A program made the position numbers and the translations under genes. DNA of 64,000 nucleotides, taken from contig CM075984.1 in NCBI GenBank assembly GCA_038087875.1, forward strand, positions 4,402,001 through 4,466,000, read 5' to 3'. Below, in pieces: positions 34,701 through 46,635 of the stretch (position 1 is the stretch's first letter; each line of letters starts with the position of its first letter). The notes under the pieces are model-generated. The model saw only the letters and a list, made by a program, of their open reading frames with translations, made no database searches and was not told where the DNA came from. The stretch comes from Malacoraja senta (taxonomy: Eukaryota).

Positions 34701-36279
34701 TACCAAGTATTCTGCACATATCATTTAGAGAAATCTCAAAAAAGTCGCATCATACTGAAAATATTATACTTTAAAGTGACCTTGATATCCTTGCCTTGTT
34801 CTGGGTAAGTGATGGTGGCGTAAATGTAAATAAATTATTGCAAATATACTGTTTCTGATTTACCAAATGAAAAGTAAAGTACAATCAATATTGTATTGTA
34901 AAAATTCTCATTCTTTCTAGTCATGCAGGCAATTGCTGACTTTATTTTGATTTTTTTTCTTGGAGATTTTGGGAGTAAATTATGTTTCTTCGGATTTCCA
35001 TAAAACTTCGGTACCCAAAACAACCGTAAGGGGTTAAACTAACAACCTCCTGACAATGCATTTCCAGTAAACAGCCAAGGGCATCCCTAAAGCTTTTAAT
35101 GAAGAAAAAGGCAAATGATATGAAAAGATTGGGAGCTGTTTTGTGTACCTCCCAAGTTAAGGCCCCTGGCTGAAGAGGCACGATGAGCATCAGATCTGCA
35201 GATGGTGCTTGAATAATCCGGTGCAAAGTGCCAGAAGATGATGGTCTCTCTGTGAAACATCATCTGACCCTCTGCTTGCAGTAGTGAGCCTGAAATTTTC
35301 TCCTTTTTTGCCCGTCTTTGTGAACCAATTATTGAATGGAACTGAACCAGAAAATGTGGTACAATCTGGCAATTAGTACAAAGAGTTTTCAGTCTAGTGT
35401 AAAGACAGTATTGCAGAAGCCCAAGCAGCCATAGAAATAGCTTTGATTGGATAAGAACATTCGTTTTTAGTGCTGCTTGGATACTTCCTAATGGGACTGG
35501 CTTCTACCCTACAGGTCTTTACTGTGAAGTATTACATTATGGACTTGGCTTTGGATGACTCTGTTTCTCTCTTCATTTTTGCTTGTGCATCTTACATGTT
35601 CTCTTTATCTTTTTGATCCATCAGTCAGACAGACTTTGACTTGAGCAACAAAGAACCAAGTTATTGAACGCTCACTGAAATTGATGTTTTTAATTCGTTC
35701 TTTATTATATATCTTGTCAATGGCAGTCAGCATAAAATGCATTAAAAGTTTCTTTCTTTATCAGTCCTAAAATCCCAGACTATACTGGTTATACTCCTTT
35801 CATATTTATCTTTCTTATATTTTCCTTTCCATTATTGCTCCTCGCCTGATGAGAGTAGCTGCAAGCTAATACAATCTAATTTATGACTTCCTGACCTTGT
35901 CTCACAACTAAAGAAATCACCATGAATCTTGTCATTGTATCGTAATGACAAGCATGTTGACCACATAAGGCCTTGTGATAAGACCTAAACAAATCTTTCC
36001 ATCAAATATATGGGCAATTATGCTGATCCGGTTGCACTGACCAAATAAATTCTCTTAAATTTGTAAAAGGTATTCAAGTTGTTATAATTTCAAATGGGTT
36101 TCCTAAGAACAAGTAAAATAGGAAAACAAAACTTTTAAAGATAAACAAATAATCTTATAATATCACAACTATTTCTGTTTCAAAAATGATTTGTAGCCCA
36201 TGAGCAGAATTTTTTTAAAAAGCTCTGTTTTCTAGAAAACAAAGTGAATTGTGTAGAATGTGTAAGATATAAACCCCAC

Positions 36280-36495
36280 ACAGAGGGTGATACACACATG
36301 TAACAAGCTGCTAAAGGAAGTGGCAAGACATTTAAAAGACAATTTGATAGGTACAGAAAAAGGATAGATTTAGAGGAACATAAGTCCAATGCAGTTAAAT
36401 GGGGCGAGCTTAGATGGGCATTCTGTACAGCACAGACTATTTGGGCTAAAGCGCCCGTTTCTGTGCCATATGATTTTATGACTCTATGACTATGA
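36280..36495 (+). mobile_element. Old CR1 3' end
   Basis: FKRQFDRY-like remnant and (CTATGA) tail. Confidence 0.65.
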
Positions 36496-36829
36496 TCAAT
36501 TTTGAAATTTGCCATGCAAGCAGATCTTTCAAAGTTAATGTTATATTACTTTGATGATTTAGAGAGATAGTCTATCCCAATTTGTATCAGTGCTTTAACT
36601 CATTCTGCAATTGCACTTCACTCACCTGCTCTTACATACTTGCTTTCCAGTATAATATTCTTGCTGCCTACATATATTTATTTAATATTGACTGCTAAAA
36701 ACTCTTAGCCCCTCCAATTTTGAAAAAAACAGGTTCATTAATATTTATTGAGAAATAAAACGGTTCACATATACACAATACAATTAGTTCACCATACTTA
36801 TTAGTTTAGTAATCACCTGAAATCTATTT

Positions 36830-36945
36830 ACTGATTGGGGATGATCAGCCATGATCACATTGAATGGTGGTGCTGGCTAGAAGGGCCGAATGGCCTACTC
36901 CTGCACCTATTGTCTATTGTCTATTGTCTATTGTCTATTGTCTAT
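36830..36945 (+). mobile_element. CR1 3'UTR with (CTATTGT)n tail
   Basis: gatcagccatgatcacattgaatgg...gaatggcctactcctgcacc plus heptamer repeats. Confidence 0.8.
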
Positions 36946-37515
36946 ACCTGAGATAAATTAAATTAATTTTGCCTCACAAAAATGTCATCAGGATTTGTCA
37001 CCAAATTATAAATGAATATGTGGAATTGTATATCGGAATAAAGAGTGCTGTAGTCTACCTTGCCTCAACTCCTCCTGCAAGCAGTACAGAGGAAAGCTAA
37101 GAGACTGATCTCTAACAGAAAGGTTCGTGAAACGTGTGATTTTCAACCTTGAAAGGAGGCAACTGAAGAGTACTTTTATTGAGTTGGTAATAAACAGGAT
37201 AGGAATGATGAATCTCAAACATAACTCCCACAATTAAATTTTAAGTAGAACCAGGAGGCTTTCACTTTACGAGTGAAGAGAAAATTTAGGGCAGATATTT
37301 GGTAGATAGAGGCTGATTAAAATGTAGATATCTGTCTAGGCATAGAATCAACGATTCAAACAAAAAAATATAGGGCAGATGGCGATCATTTAACCCATCA
37401 GATCCATTCTTTACAGAAAAGCTCTGGAATCCTTTATGAAACAGTTAAATGTTATTCCATGGAACTGATGATTATTGCTCAATCTCATATCATTAGAAAA
37501 CATAAAAATCTCTTG

Positions 37516-37613
37516 CGTAGGAAGGAACTGCAGATGCTGGTTTACACCAAAGATGGACACAAAATGCTGGAGAGAAGTAATGGGTGACGTCTCTGGTCGC
37601 AACCCTTCTTTAG
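37516..37613 (-). mobile_element. Penelope-derived mini-element
   Basis: TSD AAAATCTCTTG at 37505-37515 and 37614-37624. Its 5' end coincides with the hammerhead core. Confidence 0.8.
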
Positions 37614-38154
37614 AAAATCTCTTGGCCAGGCCCACACATTTACTTTTACGCACTTTTTATTTTTCTGCTACTTACATCCTTGTATTTGGGACTAATATTT
37701 GAATGCTGTGTGGTGAAACCATGAAACTTATTTGTTTTAAATATACAAGGCAACAATTAATTTATAAATTAATTCAAGGTTGAATGTGAAACTTTAGGCT
37801 ACCTATTAAATAGTTGATGTAATGGAAGTGATAATCCAAGCATGTTTTAATTTAGTGTCAGATACATTGGTGTGTCTCCAGAATTCCAAACTCTATGTGT
37901 CTGTGCGTTCTAATAGATGAATGTATGCTGTGATGAGATGACCACACTGTTGTTCCCAAACATGGGACCCATGTTCAGTGGATTCTATATGTTCAATGTG
38001 ATACAAAAAAACAACTAACACACTGAATAGAGCAAAGGCCGCAGTCCCCAATGACATCCCAGTTTAGTCTGAACACCTCACCAAGTCAAGATATTTAAGT
38101 ACAGCATGAACACTGGATCTGCCTGGCAAAGTGTCATAGAATCAGACGGGTTAG

Positions 38155-38630
38155 AAACAGGTCCTTGGGCCCAACTTGCCCATGCCGACGAACAGGTTCC
38201 ATCTACACTAGTCCCACCTGCCTGCGTATGGCCCATATCGCTAAACATATCCAATCCATGTACTTGTCCAAATGTTTTTTAAATGTTGCAATGGTATCTG
38301 CATCAACTACCTCCTTCAGCAGCTCGTTCCATATACCTGCCACCTTTTGTGTTAAAAAGTTTGCCCTCAGGTACTTATTAAATCTTTCCCCATCACCTTA
38401 AACCTATGTCCTGTTATTATCGATTCCCCTATTCTAGGTAAAAGACTCTGTTCATTTACTCTATCTATTCCCCTCATCATCTTGTACACCTTTATAAAGT
38501 CATAGCCTGCTCAACCTTTCCCTACAGTTCAGGCCCTCGAGTCCTAGCAACATCCTCGTAAATCTTCTCTGCACACTTTCCACCTTAACAACATCTTTCC
38601 AATAACAGGGTGACCAGAACTGAACACTCT
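38155..38630 (-). mobile_element. CR1 3' fragment
   Basis: Similar to 425-1015 along its length. Confidence 0.78.
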
Positions 38631-38634
38631 AAAT

Positions 38635-38855
38635 GTGTAGGAAGGAACTGATTTACACGGAAGATAGACACAAAATGCTGAAGTAACTCATTGGGTCAGG
38701 CAGCATCTCTGGAGAAAAGGAATAGGTGACGTTTCGGGTCAAGATCCTTCTTCAGACTGAGAGTCAGAGGACAGGGAAACTAGAGGTATGAATAGATACG
38801 AAACAAAGCAGTGACGGCTCCGATGGCCAAAGAGCCCACAATGGCCTTCATCAGT
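38635..38855 (-). mobile_element. Penelope pLTR fragment (hammerhead motif at 38728-38755)
   Basis: Family consensus sequence. Confidence 0.8.
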
Positions 38856-38867
38856 CAGAGTACTGAA

Positions 38868-39975
38868 CTAGACTAAGTGGGACCCGTTGGGTCCCAGTCA
38901 CAAGAGAGGCCTGGTCCTCCAAGGCAACCCATTCCCCAATGCAATATTCCACCACTCACCTGTTCCCCCAACGCAACGGCGGGAGCGTTCTGTAGCCAGG
39001 GGACGGAGACGGCTTCAGGCGGGGAACGTCCTGCAGCCAGTGGGGGGGGGAATGGCTTCAGGCGGGGCCTGTCGGGGGCTGGTGGGGGGGGGGGTGTGGG
39101 GGAGGGAGTATAGGGGAGGGGGGGTGTAGGGGAAGGGGGCATGGGGGGTGGGGTAGGGGGGTGTGTGGGCTCACCAGTACCCGGCCCCGGCTCTGACTCC
39201 AACCGCACTCACCGGCTCCAGGACCTGGCTCCGGACTCACTCAGCGGCTCCCGTCCCCAGCGCCTGTTGCGCTCACAGCCCCCTCCAGCGAACAGAGTCC
39301 GCCCCCGCCCGCAAACACAGCCCGCCCCCGCCCGCGAACACAGCCCGCCCCCACCTGCGAACACAGCCAGCCCCCGCCCAGGAACACAGCCAGCCCCCGC
39401 CCAGGAACACAGCCAGCCCCCACTCGCGAACACAGCCTGCCCCCACCTGCGAACACAGCCAGCCTTCGCCCAGGTACACAGCCAGCCCCCACCCGCGAAC
39501 ACAGTCAGCCCCCACCCGCGAACACAGCCAGTCTCCGCCTGCGAACACAGCCCGCCCCCGCCCGCGAACACAGCCCGCCCCCGCCCGCGAACACAGCCAG
39601 CCCCCGACCGCGAACACAGCCTGCCCCTGCCCAGGAACACAGCCCGCCCCCTCCCGCGAACATAGCCAGCCCCGCCCAGGAACACAGCCAGCTCCCACCC
39701 GTGAACACAGCCCACACTCCGCTCCTTCAGCTTTATTCTCGGCGCCGGTGATTGGCAGCGGGTGCCGGAAGGGGCGTCGCCGTCCCGGCGAATAACAGAC
39801 CAATAACTTTTGTAATATTTCACCGATCAGAACAAAACTTGGTGCACTTTGAGCAGAGGAGAACGGTGAGTAAGGTGGCAAAAAATCCAAGTGATATAGG
39901 GTACCGTTTTTGCACAAATTTAAAAACAACGCAAACCGGAAGAGGACAAGGTGAGAGTTTTAATAATAGTATAGA
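38868..39975 (-). mobile_element. Non-autonomous Helitron
   Basis: The minus strand reads A|TCTATACTATTATTAAAA...GGGACCC-AAC-GGGTCCC-ACTTAGT-CTAG|T. That gives a 5' TC, a 3' GC hairpin (38879-38895) 7 nt before CTAG, an A|T target and no TSD. Confidence 0.85.
39270..39715. repeat. GC-rich minisatellite, ~22-23-bp unit GAACACAGCCAGCCCCCGCCCGC, ~19 copies, inside the Helitron
   Basis: Recurrent gaacacagcc at ~22-23-bp spacing. Confidence 0.9.
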
Positions 39976-40029
39976 TGTAGAAGTTGGGAGGTCATGTTAC
40001 AATTGTAGACATTCGTGAGGCAACATTTA

Positions 40030-40385
40030 GCCCACACCTTCTACCCCATCAGCATCGCATATAACACATAATCCTCACGTCATTTTCGCCACCTCCAACG
40101 CCAGTCACAACTTCCCATCTCCACCCCTTTCCACTTTCTGCAGAGACCGTTCCCTCCGCAATTCCCTGGTTAACTCATCCCTTCCCACCCAAACCACCCC
40201 CTCCCCAGGTACTTTCCCCTGCAACCACAGGAGATGCAACACCGGTCCCTATACCTTTCGCTTGACTCTGTCCAGGGACCCTGACAGTCCTTTCAGGTGA
40301 GGCAGAGGTTCACTTGCACCTCCTCCAACCTCATCCACTCTATCTGTTGTTCTTGGTGTGGACTCCTATATATAGGTGAGACCAC
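40030..40385 (+). mobile_element. Penelope-like GIY-YIG region fragment
   Basis: PGTFPCNHRRCNT...FTCTSSNLIHSICCSWCGLLYIGET. Confidence 0.82.
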
Positions 40386-40559
40386 ATATAAGTCACATGA
40401 TCTGTAAATCGTTGCTGAATATTGGAACCTTACCCAAAGACACTATTGGAGTAGCTTTACAATGTTGATGACAGTGGTACACGTGGTCCACAACCTTGAC
40501 AGTGCATCTAGAGATGGACAATAAATACTGACCTTACCAAAGATATTCACGTATTTTGA

Positions 40560-40955
40560 CTGCACTGGGCCTGTACTCGCTGTAGTTTAGAAAGATGAGA
40601 GGTGACCTCATTGAAACTTACCGAATGGTGAAAGTCTTGGATGTGGATGCGGAGAGGATGTTTCCACTAGTGGGAGAGTCTAGGACTAGAGGTCATAGCC
40701 TCAGAATTAAAGGACGTTTCTTTAGGAGGAATTTCTTTAGTCAGAGGGTAGTTAACCTGTGGAATTCTTTGTCACAGAAGGCTGTGGAGGCTAAGTCAAT
40801 GGATATTTTTAAGGCAGAGATAGATAAATTCTTGATTAGTATGGGGTTTTGGAGAGAAGGCAGGAGAATGGGGTTAGGAGGGAAAGATAGATCAGCCATG
40901 ATTGAATGGCGGAGTAGACTTGATGGACCGAATGGCCTAATTCTACTCCTATCAC
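40560..40955 (+). mobile_element. CR1 3' fragment
   Basis: RGDLIETYR...TRGHSLRI...FFSQRVVNLWNSL plus 3'UTR. Confidence 0.85.
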
Positions 40956-41604
40956 ATATTTTAAATTAATAATCAAAAAAATGTATAATTTTGCATTTAC
41001 TGGAAGCTCTAGTTTAAATCTTCAGCAACCAATATTTACTCACCCAAGTTATAGAAAGAGAAATAAGATTTGATGTTCATGTGTGCTCCACTTGCTAACG
41101 GCTTTTATTGCTTTTGATATCAAGTTTTCAGTAGGTTATTTAAGAATGATACAAATGTCTTTCAGTTAAGTTTGAATATGATTGTGAATTGTTTAGACAT
41201 CTTGAATACTCAATTAGAACTCATTTAATTTTGTGTCCACATCCATTAATGTGCAGTACATATTTGTCATGCATGCTGTGCATGTTTGTTGCTTTCTAAA
41301 TCAAGGCAGTAATGATGTGAATAAGTGTGTCCCTTGGTGGTAGATGAGAGCAAATTCATCAACCTTTTGAATACTGAACGGTTTGTGCAGCTGGCACAAT
41401 TTGCATCAAGGAACATCTGCAAATGAAATGATTTTCAGAATATTCTTTATACTCATTTACTCAGAAAGGAGTTTATGTATTATAAATTTTATGAAATTTT
41501 CTAAGATTGTAACTAACAGAGGTGATGATGATGGCAAATTGATTGATGTAGTAAGACCCTGATTGGTTTCAGTAGAAGCGTCCAGTATAGATTAGCCTTG
41601 ATCA

Positions 41605-41735
41605 TAGACACAAAACGCTGGAGTAATTCAGCGGGACAGGTAGCATCTCTGGAGAGATGGAATGGGTGACGTTTCGGGTCAAGACCCTTCTTCAAATACG
41701 GGTGACCTTTCGGGTCGAGACCCTTCTTCAGACTC
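41605..41735 (-). mobile_element. Penelope mini-element with tandem duplicated hammerhead motif
   Basis: Motifs at 41704-41731 and 41668-41695, 36-nt period. Confidence 0.8.
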
Positions 41736-41767
41736 CTGATGATAGATACCTGACTTCCTGCTATGAT

Positions 41768-42580
41768 GTGAAGAAGAGTTTCGGCCCGAAACGTTGCCTA
41801 TTTCCTTCCTGCAGCAGGCAGTGAAGAAAGCGAATGGTATGTTAGCATTCATAGCAAAAGGATTTGAGTATAGGAGCAGGGAGGTTCTACTGCAGTTGTA
41901 CAGGGTCTTGGTGAGACCACACCTGGAGTATTGCGTACAGTTTTGGTCTCCTAATCTGAGGAAAGACATTCTTGCCATAGAGGGAGTACAGAGAAGGTTC
42001 ACCAGACTGATTCCTGGGATGTCAGGACTTTCATATGAAGAAAGACTGGATAGGCTCGGCTTGTACTCGCTAAAATTTAGAACATTGAGGGGGGATCTTA
42101 TAGAAACTTACAAAATTCTTAAGGGGTTGGACAGGCTAGATGCAGGAAGATTGTTCCCGATGTTGGGGAAGTCCAGAACAAGGGGTCACAGTTTAAGGAT
42201 AAGGGGGAAGTCTTTTAGGACCAAGATGAGAAAAACATTTTTCACACAGAGAGTGGTGAATCATTGGAATTCTCTGCCACAGAAGGTAGTTGAGGCCAGT
42301 TCATTGGCTATATTTAAGAGGGAGTTAGATGTGGCCCTTGTGGCTAAAGGGATCAGGGGGTATGGAGAGAAGGCAGGCACGGGATACTGAGTTGGATGAT
42401 CAGCCATGATCATATTGAATGGCGGTGCAGGCTCGAAGGGCCGAATGGCCTACTCCTGCACCTATTTTCTATGTTTCTATGTTTCTATGTTTCACTCCAT
42501 AGATGCTGCCTCACCCACTGAGTTTCTCCAGCATTTTTGTTTACCTTCGATTTTCCAGCATCTGCAGTTCCTTCTTAAAC
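41768..42580 (+). mobile_element. Penelope subfamily B mini-element split by a CR1 insertion
   Basis: ...acgttgcctatttccttc | CR1 | actccatagatgctgcc... rejoins to the subfamily B consensus. Confidence 0.8.
41809..42492 (+). mobile_element. Young CR1 3' fragment
   Basis: Nearly identical to 13565-14245. (CTATGTTT)n tail. Confidence 0.93.
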
Positions 42581-42709
42581 ATTCCTGCTATGATTGACTG
42601 GTGCAGTCGCATATGTGCTCCGCAACAGATGACAGATGCAGCTTATTTCTCTGTTAATATTACAGTAGAACAAATTGATCTCTGGCTCAAATGGAATGCC
42701 CTTTCTAGT

Positions 42710-42960
42710 TTTAATTTAGTTTATTGTCACGTGTGCCGAGGTACAGTGAAAAGCTTTTTGTTACGTGCTATCCAGTCACTGGAAAGACAGTACATGATTA
42801 CAATCGAGCCCTTTACAGTGTACAGATACGTGATAAAGGAATAACGTGTAGTACAAAGTAAAGTCCGATCAAGGATAATCCGAGGGTCACCAATGAACTA
42901 GATAGAGGTTCAGGACTGCTACCTGGTTGTGGTAGAATGGTTCAGTTGCCCGATAACAGC
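42710..42960 (-). mobile_element. Rex1-type 3'UTR fragment
   Basis: The minus strand ends ...tttcactgtacctcggcacacgtgacaataaactaaa, parallel to the 3' end of the 3275-4365 Rex1. Confidence 0.55.
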
Positions 42961-42983
42961 TGAGGCACATGCCTGAGGATTGA

Positions 42984-43175
42984 TTAAGAAGGAACTGCAG
43001 ATGCTGGAAAAATTGAAGGTAGATAAAAATGCTGGAGAAACTCAGCGGGTGAGGCAGCATCTATGGAGCGAAGGAATAGGTGACGTTTCGGGTCGAGTAT
43101 CCACCCGAAACGTCACCTATTCCTTCGCTCCATAGATGCTGCCTCACCCGCTGAGTTTCTCCAGCATTTTTTATC
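42984..43175. mobile_element. Penelope-derived fold-back element
   Basis: ~73-bp near-perfect arms around a 9-nt loop (43094-43102). TSD TGCCTGAGGATTGA at 42970-42983 and 43176-43189. Confidence 0.88.
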
Positions 43176-43208
43176 TGCCTGAGGATTGAGTTCAGCAGCT
43201 TGGTCTAA

Positions 43209-44146
43209 TGCCCCTGTCCCACTTAGGAAACCTGAACGGAAACCTCTGGTGACCTTGCCCGCGACCCAAGGTTTCCATGAGGTCACCGGAGGTTTTGGTC
43301 ACTCGCCTGGAAAGCCTCGACCTGGATCGACCGAAGCGTGAGCTGCATCTACCGACCAAAGATCCTACAGGNNNNNNNNNNNNNNNNNNNNNNNNNNNNN
43401 NNNNNNNNNNNNNNNNNNNNNNNNNNNNNNNNNNNNNNNNNNNNNNNNNNNNNNNNNNNNNNNNNNNNNNNNNNNNNNNNNNNNNNNNNNNNNNNNNNNN
43501 NNNNNNNNNNNNNNNNNNNNNTGGAGAGCGGAGGAGCGCTGTCTGCACAATGAAGAGGAAGGTAAACGCTGCCGCAGAGCACGGTAAGTCCTTTAGAGAG
43601 CGCGGGGGGGGGAGAGAAGGGGGGAGAAGGGGTGAGAAGGAGAGAGAAGGGGAGAGAAGGGGAGAGAGAGGGGGGAGAAGGGGTGAGAAGGAGAGAGAAG
43701 GGGAGAGAAGGGGAGAGAGAAGGGGGGAGAAGGGGGAAGAGAAGGGGGGGAAGGGAGGAGAAGGGGAGAGAAGGGGGGGGGGGTAGAAGTGGAGACAGTT
43801 TTAAGAAGTTTAGTAAAGTTTAGCGGGCATTTTACTTACCGGCGGGTCTTCTAGGTGCTGAAAACTCCAATGAGCCAATCAAAATGGCCGGTCAGCGAAG
43901 GAGATTGCCTTCGACTGCCTGTAAGTAAATAGCGACCCCACTCCACTGGCAAGCAATTTTTAGTCGAGGCCGGTTTTGATTTTGTTGAAACAATCGAAGC
44001 AACCTAGATGAAGCCTCGACCATGCGGAAACCACTTTCGACCATTAGCGAGAGAGACCAAAACCTCCTGCGACCTCATGGATACCTTGGGTCGCGGGCAA
44101 GGTCACCACAGTTTTCCGTTCAGGTTTCCTAAGTGGGACAGGGGTA
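43209..44146. mobile_element. PIF/Harbinger-type non-autonomous element with ~75-bp TIRs, purine-rich tract and N gap
   Basis: CCCCTGTCCCACTTAGGAAACCTGAACGGAAA and its reverse complement at the ends. TAA and TTA flanks. Confidence 0.85.
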
Positions 44147-44335
44147 TTAGGCTCCATTTCCAAGATGATCATATATTGTTACAAGCCAGGTGTGTTGGAT
44201 GTTGTGGCCACACACAGATCTGTCCGAGGATGGAGAAGCAAGTGTAGGGCAGTGCAGAGCAGAGCAATCTGCATTATTGATGAGGAGGCAGAGGTTCTCA
44301 TGGCTCCATGTTAAGGTAAGTGAAAAACTATTTCG

Positions 44336-45424
44336 TTTTTTTAGTTTAGTTTAGAGATACATTCACAAGCACAATCACATTCACAATAATACTTTATTAG
44401 CCAAGTATGTTTTGCAACATACGAGGAATTTCATTTGCCATGTCAGTCATACAAATAAAAAGCAACGGAACACACAAAATACATTTTAACATAAACATCC
44501 ACCACAGTGACTCCTCCACATTCCTCACCAAAAAACAGTTAAAATCTCTTCCCTTCTATGCTCTCCCGTGGTCGGGGGCCTCGAGCCTTCCGTTGATGGG
44601 ATGATCTTGACTCCCTTAACCGGCGGCCTTTTGGCCCTCTGCATCGGGGCGATCAACTCCTGCATCAGAGGGATGTCAGCTCCCCCGCGCCGGCGATCGG
44701 ACCCCGGGTTGGGGCTGGTCGAGCCTCTGCGCCGTTGGAGCTCCCGACTTGCCTCTCCGGAGACTGCGAGCCCGTGATGATAAGTCTGCAGGCCACGGTT
44801 GGAGCAATCCCTGGCAAGGGATCGACTCCGATGTTAAGTCCCCGCCCCGCGGTGGGGCACAAAGTCAGTCCGAGGAGGCCTCCAGCTCCATCGATGGTAG
44901 GCCGCAGATCGGCCGGAGATGTGACCCGGAAAACAATCGCATCTCCGGCAAGGCAAGAAACTGAAAAAAAGTTTCCCCCAACCCCCTCCCCCTCCCCCCA
45001 CATAAAACAAACCGGAGAACATTTACACAGACTTTTAACACACAGCAAAAATTAAAAAAAGACAAAAAAACAGACATACAGTTGGCGGGGCTGCCAATCA
45101 TGCGGCGCCCCTGGTTGTTCAACTTATAGAGCGGAAACAGGCCCTTTGGCCCACCGAGTCCACACCCTGTAGCGATCCCTGCACATTTACACTATCCTAC
45201 ACACACTAGGGACAATTTTACACTTACACCAAGCCACTTAACCTGCAAACCTCTACGTCTTTGGAGTGCGAGAGGAAAACTAAGATCTTGGAGAAAACCC
45301 ACGCGGTCACGGGGAGAACGTATAAACTCCGTACAGACAGCACCCGAAGTCGGGATCGAACCCGGGTCTCTGGCGCTGTAAGAGCTGTAAGTCAGCAACT
45401 CTACCGCTGTGCCACCGTACCGCC
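44336..45424 (-). mobile_element. HE1-like V-SINE, split near its tail by the ~730-bp element
   Basis: tttagtttagagataca | insertion | gagcggaaacaggccc rejoins the SINE tail. Confidence 0.82.
44362..45126 (-). mobile_element. ~730-bp non-autonomous element with Rex1-like 3' end (copy 2)
   Basis: Homology to 7916-8636 and 56160-56896. Confidence 0.75.
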
Positions 45425-45779
45425 TATTAAAGATTGTTATGAAGACATTTGAAAAATAATAAGGTTGGGCAGAGTCGAATTAGATTTATGAAATATTGTT
45501 TATGTATTATAAATGTGATGACATTTTCTGAGATTGTAACTAACAGAGATGGTGATGGCAAATTGATTGATGTGGTAAGACAATAAGAAGTAGCTTCAGG
45601 AGTTGCCCATTTGGACCCTCGAGCCTGCTCTATCGTTCAATAAAGTCATGGTTGATCTAACATTCCCCTAACATCCACTTTCAGCATATTCACTGAACCT
45701 ATGATTCCTTTACTAATTAATAACCTATATCTCTCAGTTTTGAATATGTGGAATGTATGGAAAGAAGTGGGGTACATAG

Positions 45780-46320
45780 GAACAGTCAGCATGTCCATGG
45801 CACGTCATGTCTTACTAAGTTGATTGAGTATTTTGAGGAGGTGATGAAGGTGATCGATGAGAGTAGGGTAAAGGATGTTGTCCACATGGATATGTAGTAA
45901 GGCATTTGATAAAATCCCTCATAGTAGGCTAGTCCAGAAGACTAAGATGCATAGTCTAAGATACATAGTTGTGTCACCAGGGATCTGATGGACTTTAAAC
46001 TGGCTTACTTATAGAAGTCAGAGAGTAGTGATGAAGCGTGTTGTTCTGGCTGTAGGTCTGTGACCAGTGGATCTGCAGGAGAATATCTGTGGAGCAGGTT
46101 TTAACACAGAGAGTGGTGGGAGCATGGAACACACTGCCCGTGTAGTAATGGAAGCAGATACGATAGTCAGTGGGTTTACGAGGCTTCGAGATAAGCGCAT
46201 GGATATGAAGAGAATAGATGTTTATGGGTAATGTGCAGGCATAGGAGATTAACTTGACTTTGTGTTCGACACAAACATTGTGGACAAAAGAGCCTTTTCC
46301 TCTGCTAGCCTGTTCTATGT
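45780..46320 (+). mobile_element. Old, internally deleted CR1 ORF2/3'UTR
   Basis: IRNSQH..SCLT.LIEYFEEV..KAFDKIPH remnants and a 3' tail. Confidence 0.65.
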
Positions 46321-46564
46321 AGAAAAAAGAACTGCAGATGCTGGTTAATTCACAAAAGGACACAAAATGCTGGAGTAACTCCAGCAGATTAGGCCGCATC
46401 TCTGGAGAATATGGATTGGTGTTATTTCGGGTTGAAGAGTCGGAAGGGTCTTGACCCAAAACGCCTGAGACTAAAGTAAGGTCTCAACCTGAAACGCCAT
46501 CTATCAATGTTCTCCACAGATGATGCCTGACCTGCTGAGTTACTCCAGCAATTTGTGTACTGTA
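46321..46564. mobile_element. Older Penelope-derived inverted composite
   Basis: Minus and plus pLTR arms. TSD CTGTTCTATGT at 46310-46320 and 46565-46575. Confidence 0.78.
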
Positions 46565-46635
46565 CTGTTCTATGTTTTATTCAGCCTCCATAAATCACAA
46601 CCCATTCCAAGAAGAAATTCTTCCTCATCTCAGTG

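Noticed and set aside
39141-39929. Several 170-220-aa Pro/Ala- or Gly-rich ORFs on both strands
   Set aside because: They are artefacts of a stop-poor GC minisatellite inside the Helitron.
43595-43785. Gly/Glu/Arg-rich ORF
   Set aside because: It is a purine-rich simple repeat within a MITE, next to an N gap.
44160-44321. Possible exon ending at AAG|GTAAGT (also 53789-53823 and a donor at 58171)
   Set aside because: Good splice-like motifs, but no recognisable peptide or consistent gene model. Such motifs are expected by chance in 64 kb.
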